NCBI GenBank assembly: GCA_964187785.1
Contig: OZ076409.1
Location: 26,476,001 to 26,540,000, forward strand
Origin: Amphiscolops sp. MND2022
Lineage: Eukaryota
Direction of reading: 5' to 3'
Length of the DNA stretch: 64,000 nt
The notes under the pieces were generated by a model. The model ran no database searches, was not told where the DNA came from, and saw only the letters and a program-made list of their open reading frames with translations. Below, piece by piece: positions 24,484 to 36,727 of the stretch. Each line of letters begins with the position of its first letter. The stretch's first letter is position 1. The translations under genes and the position numbers were made by a program.

Positions 24484-27400
24484 TGTTCACTTCTTTAGAT
24501 CCTAGATAAAATCAAGTCACAATTCGATCCTAGATAATTTTGAACATTTTTGATCCTTGTAACGGCTGCTTGCCCTTATCCTGCGCTGAGGCTTGACAAA
24601 CTTTACGCCGCCCTGATCCGTTGCTTAGTACTGTGGACCGTTACTAAAACAATCCTGGTTTTCATGTTTAATGGACTGTATCCTTTGACTGGTGGGTCCG
24701 ATGTGATCCGTAACACACTTCCCTCACTGTATCTTCACGCGCTCCGGCTCTCCAACTATGAGAGTAGCTACTTAGTCGCTCTAACTCTAGCGAAAAGTTG
24801 TGATGATTGAGAAGTTGATCAATTAGTCTTTTGGTCGTAAGACCCAACTTGACTATAGCTATTCAGTGGAGAAAATTCTCTATCTAATAATGGTATAAAT
24901 GTGGTTCACAATTCTACAGTAAATATAGAGCAAATATCAGTTGAAATATGTGGTATAAATAAAAGACATTTAGGTGAATTATTAAAGTTATTGAATATGT
25001 AAACAAAACACATGGCAAGTCTTGAAAGTGGGTTAGGTGGGCTCAAAAGGATGTTTACACAAAGTAAATATCATCAATTGCAACAGCTCCATTCTAAAGT
25101 GGTCATAAAGGTAAATAGCAATGTTTACATTTTAGTCTCAATGAGCTTGAATACCACACATGTGAGGGGTAAAGGTGGTTACAATGGGTGAATGACCTTG
25201 AAACTTAGCCGGGGTGTTCGTGTTAGGTAGCTGCATATGTGTGCCAGGTTTCGTGGCTCTTCGACTAATAGTTGTCGAGAAAATCCCGAGTGGTGGGTTT
25301 CTCGATTTGGTCTCCCCTCGACTTTTTATCAAAATTTCATCTACGTTTTTAAGAGTTTAAGTTCTTGTTTCTTAACCAGCATATTCCAAATCGAGTTTCT
25401 TTGCCTGCTGATGACTGGCGCCAACATTGCCGGCCCTGCTTTTGTGCCGAAAAACACTTTCGTAGAACATGGGTGCCAGTCTCACTACTGGTCGCTTGAG
25501 TTTTGTCATCAATCGTCGTTGTCTTTCTGAGATCCCTAGTTTCATTGTCATGTTTGTCAGCTGTTTGCTGTGTTCTTCTCTGCTGCAATGATTTTCCAGC
25601 CCATAATCTACTCCGCAGACCATAAGGTTGTTTTCCACATGTTCACATAACACAAGTTTCCCAATTAACACAAGCTTCATCATCATGTCCGACATTTATT
25701 ACGTTCAATCAATTTCCTTTCTTTTGAGCCTTCGAACGGCAAGATACAAGAATGCTTCTGTTCATTTAACTCAGCTTCCATAATTACTTCAATATGCAAA
25801 AGTAGATTTCTATGTAAATAAAAAATATCTCAAGCCAGTTTTCCAAGATTCGCTCTGTTAAACAATTCACCATCAAAGTTGGCTGACCGCGGTGGAGGTT
25901 TATTAAAAGGAGTTTGTTTTCTGAACTTTCTATAATCCTGTTTTGGATCTGCTCTTCTTGAAAGGTAGTTGACTCATCGATCATCATAATCAGTAGAAAA
26001 AGAGACTTTTAAACATTACGACGACTGAAGATTTTTTCTTCTCTGTTAAATGTTCTCTGTGCATTCAATGGCAATAGATCTGTATTTTGAAATCAATTGC
26101 TGCACTACATTTTGCTCTCTGCTTTCTGACACATCGTTTTCCGTAGTTACATCCGAGTTTTCTCCCAGTAACTGCAATGATATGGAGTTTCGCTCTCCAT
26201 TCTGTTTGTAGAGCGTCACCGAGCTTCTTTCACCACAAAACCCTAACTTTTTATCATCTGGGTTTCTACGAGGCTCTGATAGTTCATGAGAAACTTCCAA
26301 TTCACCAAAAGTCATATACTGAGTCCACATTGACTAGAACGGTGCAGCCAGCCCATTGCAAGACCCATTGCGCCAACTTGCTGTTGCTGGAACTTTCAAA
26401 GAACACATTTGCGTTCCTGGCACTGATAGGTTGTCTCTCAAATCATGTAGCCAAACTGTGTCATTTTGTATTCCATTCTCGTTCAACTGAGTTCCTTCCT
26501 CCATTTCCTGTATCAGGTTCCAGGTAGTTTCAATCTTCCAAGCTCTTTTCTGTTGCTTGCGGTGGCCTTTGCTCAATTGAGTTTTGTCAATGTCATTAGC
26601 TTGTGACACTGCGTCTATCCCAAAGTTTCCATTACCAATCCAAGGGTTCCATACATTATTATTCATCGGGATAGTTTCTTCAACAAGGCTTACTTCGAAG
26701 TCAAATTCAGTTTTCTTTCCAAAAGGTGCATTCACGTTATGTGTTTCACCTTTGGCATTGACTTTCACAGGTTTGTCATGTTTCATTACAACGTAACATA
26801 GCTTTTGATACATGACTCTTTCATTCCAATCGTCTTGCAGTGCAAATTGCTGCTCATGCACAAATTCAAACCTTTCGACAAAACCAAAGCATTTGTTTCT
26901 TTCTTCAAGGAGTAGAGTATCGGCATTGAAGGTTGTCACTAGGAACAAGTTCGCTTGTTGTGCGTGCTGCAGTACAGTGGTAACTTCTGCACTCTCCTGC
27001 AACTGTTCAAAATGCACATTCGATTCTTTCAAAGCTTGCTTGCTAGATGCGAATGCTAGGTTTCTATGCTCTTTCCTCATTACCTTCCTTGTGTAATTCA
27101 AGTTCTCCTCTGTTTGCACTATCGAATGCTTACTCATGACCAAGTGAATCTCTTCTTCCAAAACTTGTTTGGTATCCACGTGGAGGGTTTCTGAACGGAA
27201 GTTTCGCCCACAGATTTCTATAACGAACGTTTCTGTTTCTGACCAGTTCTGTATGCATTCCGCTGTGAGGAGCTTCGAGGTTCCTTTGTTTGCAAGATTC
27301 ACTTCTGGTTGTAATTGTGATCTTCGTCTGCATGCTCCATTATCAGCATTGGTTCTGTCTCTCCAATCAGCTTGCTCATCGGCTTCTGCGTGAGGTTTTG

Positions 27401-28180
27401 AGTCCCTCATAGGTGCGGAGAACATTCCTTCGTGAACTAATTTCACTGCATTCTCTGGTTTTGAATGTACTGATACTGCAATATTGGACTTAGCCCCGTT
27501 CTGAGCTTTCTGTCTTGTCCATCCATCCTGAATCTTCCGTGAAACTGTCGACTGGTGAGATACTTTGGAAGCTAGTCCCCTGACTGCTCGACGCTTCCGC
27601 TATTTCTCTTTCCTTTTCAGTTATTCTAGCTTTTCGGGCAAGCTCTGCATGCAAGTCAGCTATTTCTTTTTGTATTGCTTCGCGCTTCAGTTTCTATAGT
27701 CGGGCTTGCAGTTCTTCTGGCTCTTTCAGAGCCTTTACTCTCAAATTAAGAACTCGTCTAGCACTTAAAGTTTTCGAAACCACTGAGCTTCTGTTGCTTC
27801 TGGTTTCAACAAGATCTGAATGTTTGCCCAGTTCCTCTTTTTGTAATGATCCAGGCTCGCTTCTTTGGTCTTTAAATTCCGATTTCTGATCCTCCGCTTT
27901 CTCTAATGCTAGAAGAACCAGTCGATCTCCATTACACTCCTTCGAGCTAACTGTTGTTCAGTTGTCCATCTGGATTGTTTTGCCAGGCACCTTACCCTTT
28001 TCTTCGAGTAGTGATGTCACATCGTTGACTGAGTTTTCCAATTCAGATATGCTGTCTTCTAGCCACAGGGAGGTTCTTGGTCATTTGTCCTTGACGGCGT
28101 CAGCGATTCCTTTTCACTAGCCGTTTTCTTTATACAATTTTGTTTTGTCTGATTGACACGTCTTTGCCTCACCTTCCTTG
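24484..28180 (-). mobile_element. Decayed BEL/Pao LTR retrotransposon remnant
   Basis: ORF 25372-25695 contains TKLKRPVVRLAP, like the BEL/Pao C-terminal DUF5641 'RPIVKL.P' end. It is followed by purine-rich aaaagcagggccggcaa and TGTTGGCGCC (putative LTR start at 25426; candidate end ...AACA at 24484). Upstream are gag-like, low-complexity coiled-coil sequences (26334-27446 and the stop-containing 27450-28000). Boundaries are approximate. Confidence 0.5.
26334..27446 (-). CDS. 370-aa ORF, probably degenerate gag-region sequence of the BEL/Pao remnant; no recognisable domain
   Basis: Long open frame, E/Q/K/N-rich, within the putative LTR element on the same strand. No motif identified. Confidence 0.3.
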   Translation of the reverse strand: MKLVHEGMFSAPMRDSKPHAEADEQADWRDRTNADNGACRRRSQLQPEVNLANKGTSKLLTAECIQNWSETETFVIEICGRNFRSETLHVDTKQVLEEEIHLVMSKHSIVQTEENLNYTRKVMRKEHRNLAFASSKQALKESNVHFEQLQESAEVTTVLQHAQQANLFLVTTFNADTLLLEERNKCFGFVERFEFVHEQQFALQDDWNERVMYQKLCYVVMKHDKPVKVNAKGETHNVNAPFGKKTEFDFEVSLVEETIPMNNNVWNPWIGNGNFGIDAVSQANDIDKTQLSKGHRKQQKRAWKIETTWNLIQEMEEGTQLNENGIQNDTVWLHDLRDNLSVPGTQMCSLKVPATASWRNGSCNGLAAPF

Positions 28181-28189
28181 TGCGGGGGC

Positions 28190-28960
28190 ATCTGATATCT
28201 GAAAATAGTATTATCTCTGGAAGTCAATATGGTTTTCAGCCAGAAAAGTCTTGCATAGATGCAATTGTGTCTATTACCGAATCCATAAGAACGGAAATCG
28301 ATAGAAAGTCTCTAGGACAGGCTTGTTTCAAGATCTGCATACAGCATGACACGCTGGGTCATAATATCTTGTTACAAAAAATGGAAAAATATGGATGTAG
28401 AGGTCCGATTCATGACATGATGAAAAGTTGGGGATAGATGACACTATGTAGACATGAATGGAAAAGAACAAATCAAAAAAGAATCACAAAAGGTGTTCCA
28501 CAAAGATCCATATTAGGGCCTTTCCTCTTCCTACTGTATATCAATTACTTGGATTCTTCGAGCGGAATTAGTAAAGTGTCTATGTTTGCAGATGATACTA
28601 CTATATTCAACGCAAAGAAAGAAAGAAAGTTTCACAATGTAAACGGAAAAAGTCTTAATTTCTGACTGGATGACGAGTAATAAGTTAACGATCATTATTG
28701 ACAAATGTGAAGTTATGTGTTTTGGATCTGGAAATCCACCTCCACTGAAAGTTAAAGATACACCAATCCAATATAAAATATCTTGTGAATATCTTGGTAT
28801 GCATGTAGACAAATGGCTTCGGTTCAATCAGCATATTGAATAACTGGTCAAAAGTTGAACAAATTTTGTGGACTAATTTATATGATTCGACACACGTTCC
28901 CATGAAATTGCCTACTGATAATTTATAACTTTTACGCAAAATCTCTGACTAATCATGGAA
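28190..28960 (+). pseudogene. Non-LTR (CR1/L2/Jockey-group) reverse transcriptase fragment
   Basis: SQYGFQPEKSCIDAI...IDRKSLGQACF; GVPQRSILGPFLFLLYIN; SMFADDTTIF (YADD box); downstream 'KYLG' region (gaatatcttggtatgcatgtagac). Frameshifted. Confidence 0.9.
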
Positions 28961-29044
28961 TCATTTTTATTTTGAAAGTTATGTTTAATATTGCAACTTT
29001 TTATTGATCTACGCCATTGAATTAACTCTTCTTCTATTCAATTA

Positions 29045-30225
29045 TTCACTGTATCAGTTTATACCGCCTTTAAATCTCAGACTAAAGCAAATATAAGTAC
29101 TAAGCGTAGACGAAGTCTCGCATTCGCATTTGAATGCAGGCGAAGCTCGCGGCGAACGAATATTTAACACTCGTTCGCTTCATCTCAATACCTCGGCGTG
29201 CCAAAGCATGAATACCATTCGCTCGCTTCATCACACGAGAATTGAAATGTCGTCGTCTACAGCTTGAGAAAATAAACTCTCACGCTTATAGTCACTGCTG
29301 AACAAAATATCTGAATTATTCAGTATCGTGCCAAGAAATAAACTAAAAAAAGACATCTTGAGATTTCAATAATATTCCTGCTAAAGCAGAAAGAATAATA
29401 GAATCATATCTGGAATGCCAATACACTCCTGTTTAATCATTATTTAGCGCACAATTAATCACTGTACCAGTTGATACCGCCTATATATCTCAGACTAAAG
29501 CAAATATAAGTACTAAGCGTAGACGAAGTCTCGCATTCGCATTTGAATGCAGGCGAAGCTCGCGGCGAACGAATATTTAACACTCGTTCGCTTCATCTCA
29601 ATACCTCGGCGTACTAAAGCATGAATACCATTCGCTCGCTTCATCACACGAGAAATGAAATGTCGTCGTCTGCAGCTTGAGAAAATAAACTCTCACGCTT
29701 ATAGTCACTGCTGAACAAAATATCTGAATTATTCAGTATCGTGCCAAGAATTGTACTAAAAAAAGACATTTTGAGATTTCAATAATATTCCTGCTAAAGC
29801 AGAAAGAATAATAGAATCATATCTGGAATACCAATACACTCCTGTTTAATCATTATTTACCGCACAATTAATCACTGTACCAGTTGATACCGCCTATATA
29901 TCTCGGACTACAGCAAATATAAATACTAAGCGTAGGGGAAGTCTCGCATTCGCATTTGAATGCAGGCGAAGCTCGCGGCGAACGAATATTTAACACTCGT
30001 TCGCTTCATCTCAATAACTCGGCGTACTAAAGCATGAATACCACTCGCTCGCTTCATCGCACGAGAATTGAAATGTGGTCGGCAGCTTGAGAAATTTAAA
30101 TCTCACGCTTATAGTCACTGCCGAACAAATTATCAGAATTTCTCAGTATCATGACAAAAATTGTACTGAACAAAAAAGTTGATTTCTTGAGATTTTAATA
30201 ATATTCCTGCTATCGCAGAAATAAT
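29045..30225. repeat. ~2.8 tandem copies (413-bp period) of a dispersed repeat
   Basis: 'cactgta' anchor at 29047, 29460 and 29873. The core 'cgcattcgcatttgaatgcaggcgaagctc...cactcgttcgcttcatc' is also found at ~35640-35900, ~42505-42680, ~43180-43310, ~44370-44800 and ~61985-62410. Confidence 0.92.
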
Positions 30226-30473
30226 AAAAATGTCTGCTTGTTCCTTCAACATTTTGAGGTGATTGGGAAAAATTGATTTGATAACATTCCCTGAGCATTT
30301 TCAGCGCGACCATGTAACAGTGTAAAACATTTGTTTTAGCGAATATTCAAAGATAATGTTACAAATAATTCCACGGGTTGAAATTCGTTCCGAGAAAGTG
30401 CGCGGGGAAAAGGGAAGCCACTTTTATTATAACAATTAGTCTTTTGTAGCTGAACACAATCTTGTCGAAATAC

Positions 30474-33400
30474 CTGAGCTGGAGAAAACTCGTCGTTGCT
30501 CTTGTTGGACATAAGTCCCCTGGCAACTCTGCCTCCCCCTCCGGACATGGTACCCAACAACTCCACCAACTGACCCCCTAGGGTGACCACTCGCCACCTC
30601 TGGCTGCCGTGAAGTGCCACATTGCGGGCTTGTTCGATGCTATCAGCCACTAGGGTGTCTCGCAGAGCGTATTAGAATGCACCTGCGTGTTCTGGGTTCT
30701 TGTTCACTTGATCGAATAGACGCACCGTTCTGTTGGGTCTGAATGAAACACATGAAATTTAGAAAATCACAAGTCAATTAGGAAACAACCCAAGTTTGGG
30801 CCTCGCTGAACGGTCAAAAAGCATAGTATTTCATATATGCGAAAGCGCAATTTCTAACAAACCAAAGGATAATTTTTTGATCGTCTTCTAGGTATTAAAA
30901 TGGAGTTAGCAGATGTGTGGCAGATGGACCATTTAGTGAAAGTTCTGTGATCTGGAAAAAACATTCAGGGTTTGTAATTTAGATAAAAATGTAATATCAT
31001 CAAAAGGGGACCTCTTGGGGCTACTGCATGCACTTTAGAACTTAGGCTAGCATATAGTGAGTTTCAATCAGAAGTGAAAACTGTTCGTGTTTTGCGGCAG
31101 AACTGAATTTGTGGAAACACCACCTTGTCAATAAAGGGGAATAAAAGAATTGAACGCATAGACTGTCTTTCGAATTCCAAGCTCACATTCGAAGTAATTC
31201 GAATTCCAAGTTCCAAGGTTACTTACACTTGAATAGATCTCTGGCTGATCCTGAGATGCTCTCTCATCTAAAACAGATAAAGGGTGTCGATGTTGACGTA
31301 TAAGATGATCATATCAGAGATACACCAGAGCTGCAAAAGGCATCAAAGTTGACACGTGGCCAGACCCAGCGGTAGTGTAAGACCGGGACAATCCGTCATC
31401 TGACTGAAGCAAGCTTCTTTGTCAAGATCTGCGATCAAAAATTGAATTTCAGAAATTGGGGAATGGACCATACCCGGCGGTAGTGTAAGACCGGGACAAT
31501 CCGTCATCTGACTGAAGCAAGCTTCTTTGTCAAGATCTGCGATCAAAAATTGAATTTCAGAAATTGGGAAATGGACCATACCCGGCGGTAGTGTAAGACC
31601 GGGACAATCCGTCATCTGACTGAAGCAAGCTTCTTTGTCAAGATCTGCGATCAAAAATTGAATTTCAGAAATTGGGAAATGGACCGTACCCGGCGGTAGT
31701 GTAAGACCGGGACAATCCGTCATCTGACTGAAGCAAGCTTCTTTGTCAAGATCTGCGATCAAAAATTGAATTTCAGAAACTGGGAAATGGACCATACCTG
31801 GCGGTAGTGTAAGACCGGGACAATCCGTCATCTGACTGAAGCAAGCTTCTTTGTCAAGATCTGCGATCAAAAATTGGATTTCAGAAATTGGGAAATGGAC
31901 CATACCCGGCGGTAGTGTCAGACCGGGACAATCCGTCATCTGACTGAAGCAAGCTTCTTTGTCAAGACCTGCGATCAAAAATTGAATTTCAGAAATTGGG
32001 AAATGGACCATACCCGGCGGTAGTGTAAGATCGGGATAATCCGTCATCTGACTGAAGCAAATTTTTTTGTCAAGATCTGCGATCAAAAATTGAATTTCAG
32101 AAATTGGGAAATGGACCATACCCGGCGGTAGTGTAAGACCGGGACAATCCGTCATCTGACTGAAGCAAGCTTCTTTGTCAAGACCTGCGATCAAAAATTG
32201 AATTTCAGAAATTGGGAAATGGACCATACCCGGCGGTAGTGTAAGACCAGGATAATCCGTCATCTGACTAAAGCAAGCTTCTTTGTCAAGATCTGCGATC
32301 AAAAATTGAACTTCAGAAATTGGGAAATGGACCATACTCGGCGGTAGTGTAAGACCGGGACAATCCGTCATCTGACTAAAGCAAGCTTCTTTGTCACGAT
32401 CTGCGATCAAAAATTAAATTTCAGAAATTGGGAAATGGACCATACCCGGCGGTAGTGTAAGACCGGGATAATCCGTCATCTGACTGAAGCAAGCTTCTTT
32501 GTCACGATCTGCGATCAAAAATTGAATTTCAGAAATTGGGAAATGGACCATACCCGGCGGTAGTGGAAGACAGGGACAAATCCGTCATCTGACTGAAGCA
32601 AGCTTCTTTGTCACGATCTGCGATCAAAAATTGCATTTCAGAAATTGCGAAATGGGCCATACCCGGCGGTAGTGTAAGACCGGGACAATCCGTCATCTGA
32701 CTGAAGCAAGCTTCTTTGTCACGATCTGCGATCAAAAATTGCATTTCAGAAATTGGGAAATGGACCATACCCGGCGGTAGTGTAAGACCGGGACAATCCG
32801 TCATCTGACTGAAGCAAGCTTCTTTGTCACGATCTGCGATCAAAAATTAAATTTCAGAAATTGGGAAATGGACCATACCTGGCGGTAGTGTAAGACCGGG
32901 ACAATCCGTCATCTGACTGAAGCAAGCTTCTTTGTCAAGATCTGCGATCAAAAATTGGATTTCAGAAATTGGGAAATGGACCATACCCGGCGGTAGTGTG
33001 AGAACAGGACAATCCGTCATCTGACTGAAGCAAGCTTCTTTGTCAAGATCTGCGATCAAAAATTGAATTTCAGAAAATGGGAAATGGACCATACCCGGCG
33101 GTAGTGTAAGACCGGGACAATCCGTCATCTGACTGAAGCAAGCTTCTTTGTCAAGATCTGCGATCAAAAATTGAATTTCAGAAATTGGGAAATGGACCAT
33201 ACCCGGCGGTAGTGTAAGACCGGGACAATCCGTCATCTGACTGAAGCAAGCTTCTTTGTCAAGACCTGCGATCAAAAATTGAATTTCAGAAATTGGGAAA
33301 TGGACCATACCCGGCGGTAGTGTAAGATCGGGATAATCCGTCATCTGACTGAAGCAAATTTTTTTGTCAAGATCTGCGATCAAAAATTGAATTTCAGAAA

Positions 33401-34784
33401 TTGGGAAATGGACCATACCCGGCGGTAGTGTAAGACCGGGACAATCCGTCATCTGACTGAAGCAAGCTTCTTTGTCAAGATCTGCGATCAAAAATTGAAC
33501 TTCAGAAATTGGGAAATGGACCATACTCGGCGGTAGTGTAAGACCGGGACAATCCGTCATCTGACTAAAGCAAGCTTCTTTGTCACGATCTGCGATCAAA
33601 AATTAAATTTCAGAAATTGAGAAATGGACCATACCCGGCGGTAGTGTAAGACCGGGATAATCCGTCATCTGACTGAAGCAAGCTTCTTTGTCACGATCTG
33701 CGATCAAAAATTGAATTTCAGAAATTGGGAAATGGACCATACCCGGCGGTAGTGTAAGACAGGGACAAATCCGTCATCTGACTGAAGCAAGCTTCTTTGT
33801 CACGATCTGCGATCAAAAATTGCATTTCAGAAATTGGGAAATGGACCATACCCGGCGGTAGTGTAAGACCGGGACAATCCGTCATCTGACTGAAGCAAGC
33901 TTCTTTGTCACGATCTGCGATCAAAAATTAAATTTCAGAAATTGGGAAATGGACCATACCCGGCGGTAGTGTAAGACCGGGATAATCCGTCATCTGACTG
34001 AAGCAAGCTTTTTTGTCACGATCTGCGATCAAAAATTGAATTTCAGAATTTGGGAAATGGACCATACCCGGCGGTAGTGTAAGACCGGGACAATCCGTCA
34101 TCTGACTGAAGCAAGCTTCTTTGTCACGATCTGCGATCAAAAATTGCATTTCAGAAATTGGGAAATGGACCATACCCGGCGGTAGTGTAAGACCGGGACA
34201 ATCCGTCATCTGACTGAAGCAAGCTTCTTTGTCAAAATCTGGGATCAAAAATACGCTCCAGTCGTTTTCAAAAAGGAAAAGGAATAAAGATACAGCGTGA
34301 AAAAAAGCAACGAAAGGAAATACGAAGAAACGGCTTTCATGTAGAGATGAAGAATTCCAGCAGTAACTAGTTTTTTTGGACGTTAAGTTAATAGTATGGT
34401 TTACTCGAAACTTTTGATGAGCTGATAGATATTTGTAACATTTTAAAAAAGGTTGTAACGATAGTATTACTACTACAACTACTGAAGACGAATCTTGTCC
34501 AGACCCAGAAAAGTGGCCATTCCCAGATTTCGCCTTCAGCAGCTGCACGTATTTCTTAGCAGTGTCCATGTTGTCTATCACAATGAAACCCAGCCGAGGA
34601 CAGGCGGTGCTAATTGCCACATCTTACCTCTCGTTGATTGACCTCAGGTCACCGAGACGACCCACTATGCCGGGGATGTTGCCCAGGTCACGCCCTTTTA
34701 ACAGAGTCGTTAGCTGTCGGCCTTTGCTCTGATTCTGGCTCACGCTGCTTTTCGCTGTCTCCAACTCTGATCTCACTACTGTAT
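30474..34784 (-). pseudogene. SMC4: Structural maintenance of chromosomes 4 (condensin SMC4) hinge-region fragment, 3 exons, disabled
   Basis: Exon 34494-34784: ELETAKSSVSQNQSKGR...GNIPGIVGRLGDLRSINER*DVAISTACPRLGFIVIDNMDTAKKYVQLLK/fs/NLGMATFLGLDK. Exon 31227-31267: MREHLRISQRSIQV. Exon 30474-30738: PNRTVRLFDQV...AGAF*YALRDTLVADSIEQARNVA...RWRVVTLGGQLVELLGTMSGGG. These match SMC4 GRLGDLG..DVAIS..ATFIGLDK..RLFD..ALRDTLVA..WRVVTL..SGTM.GGG. There are two in-frame TAA stops, one frameshift and a non-GT donor (aag|attcgt). Confidence 0.88.
31364..34252. repeat. 108-bp minisatellite, ~26.7 copies, inside the SMC4 intron, with 1189-bp higher-order structure
   Basis: Unit cccggcggtagtgtaagaccgggacaatccgtcatctgactgaagcaagcttctttgtcaagatctgcgatcaaaaattgaatttcagaaattgggaaatggaccata. 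The 109-bp variant and the ORF boundaries recur 1189 bp apart (32410/33599, 32529/33718). Confidence 0.98.
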
Positions 34785-34942
34785 CTGAAAAAAAAACAAC
34801 ACCTCATTCAAATGTCTCCAAACACTAATCAAAAACTCGCATGAGTTCTTTTGATATTGCCATATCTTATTTTACAAGTTAACAAAAATCTGAAACTATA
34901 TTTTTACATAAACTAAATTTACATAGCAAGTTATATTGGTTA

Positions 34943-35388
34943 TTAGTCGGCGCTTTTATTAATAAAAGAGCCCGACTATTACAGTCACTCGTTTTTTTTA
35001 TTTAAGACAGACTCGAAGCGACGAACGTTAACGTTCAGTATCTTCAACTAAAGGAAACTAAACGAATACCCCGGAAACGCATCTAAGTTATTCCAAAGGG
35101 CCCCCCTTTGGTTTTTTACTTTTTATTTACTTTTTCAAGGAAACCCACAAAACCGGACGTGCCTAAAAGGTCCCCCTTTGGATTTTTTTCGGCACTGTGC
35201 GACTTTTTTTCGAAAATTTTTTAATGTCCCCAAAGGGTCCCCCTTCGAGGTTTTTGATACTTTGCAACGGAATGTATGTTAATAAATCCAGAAGGGTCCC
35301 CCTTTTACATTTCGTTTTTTTCCAAAAAATTGTTTTGCGCTTTTTGAGCCTTAGATATGGCGCCGACTTTAGACGTTCTCGTCTTGTT
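34943..35388 (+). mobile_element. DINE-1/HINE-like (Helentron-associated) non-autonomous element
   Basis: 5' TTAGTCGGCGC...CCGACTA hairpin; 3' GGCGCCGACT subterminal inverted repeat, then AGACG-ttct-CGTCT stem, then terminal TGTT; T-rich flanks; internal ttcggcactgtgcgac and aagggtcccc repeats. Confidence 0.7.
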
Positions 35389-36727
35389 TGAAATATATTC
35401 GAGAATGCTATCCTAAAAACATGGAGTGCACACAATGAATCTAAATGAATTTCGATTCACTTAAAAAGGGCGGCGTTCCGTCAGGATCTTTGATTCAATT
35501 GACTTCAGCTCATGAATTCTTTGTACTCACTACTACACATACAGTAGCCTTCTAAAATATCGCAACCTCGTAGCATAAAATGGCAAAATTCAAAACCAAA
35601 TATCTCAAACTGTCACGAATACTAAAAATGTCTTATCATTATTTAGCGCACAATTAATTTACACCGGCTCTAATTCTTCTCGGACTAAAGCAAAGATAAT
35701 TACTAAGTGTAAACAAAGTTTCGCATTCGCATTTGAATGCAGGCGAAGCTCTCGGCGAACGACTAACACCCATTCGCTTCATTTCAGCGTACGAATAATA
35801 AACACTCGTTCGCTTCATCTCAACTCGACGTACGAAAGCATAAATACCACTCGCTCGCTTCATCGCACGAGAATTGAATTGTCGTCGGCAGCTTGAGAAA
35901 TTTAATACAATATCAGAACTTTTGACGTTATATCCGAAGTTAATTGCGCTTTACTAAGGAGGAGGCCGAGGTTCGAAAATATGCGCTGCCACGTGACCCA
36001 GCACGTTATATAAGAACCTTTGACGTTATATCCGAAGTGCATAACGTTTTACTAAGGAGGAGCCCTCCAATGAGCCCTCCAAAAAACTCTCCGATGAGGC
36101 CCAGTGCGCTGTGTCAGAAACATTTTCCGAGCACGAAAGGCACACTCTGGGTGGGTGAGCATTTTCAAAATCAGGAAACCCAGCTCGCGCTTCGATCATT
36201 CATAAAATCTTCGGGAAAAAGTAATATTTTCAAGTTCAAAATCTTGACGGGAAAAACTAAATCAAAATTAGTTTTAAATCGAATGAGTTTATATGTGTCA
36301 AAAGTTTTAAAAAACTCAATAAAAGCGATGGTCTGAATTTATCTCTGTAGCAATGAACCAAGCCGGGAATGGCCAGAGTTATCTTCAACAGCAGAGTATC
36401 TTGAACATGCAAAGGATAATTTTGGTATCAATATTGCAGTTCCGAAATTTGCCGAAAGGGTACCCCTGAGACTCGAAAATTGCTTTTCCAGTAACTGCAA
36501 AAAACGTCGCACAGTGCGGTAAAAACCCAAATGGGGACCTTTTAGTCTCTCCTCTATTTTTGTAAACATTAAAACGTTGGTTCAACACACGATTGAAACC
36601 CAAAAACACCTGGTTCCCAGCCACCGTCATACTCGCTCTTACCACTAGGCAAAGCGGCGGGAACTACTAGGCCAAGTCAAGTTATACAATTCACAAAAAT
36701 CTGTCAGTTCTCTGGTATCCTTCAAAA

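Noticed and set aside
31364..34252. CRISPR-like array, or a genuine 250-355-aa repeat protein
   Set aside because: Units are wholly repeated with no unique spacers and no cas genes, in a eukaryotic context. The long ORFs follow automatically from a stop-free 108-bp unit, and their listed 'M' starts are TTG codons inside the repeat.
30672..34626. Both SMC4 in-frame stops are TAA at conserved Tyr positions (AF*Y, R*DVA), hinting at TAA=Tyr recoding
   Set aside because: TAC/TAT to TAA is a single substitution. The same fragment has a frameshift and a dead donor, and the intact copine and MYND frames contain no internal TAA. Pseudogenisation is the simpler explanation.
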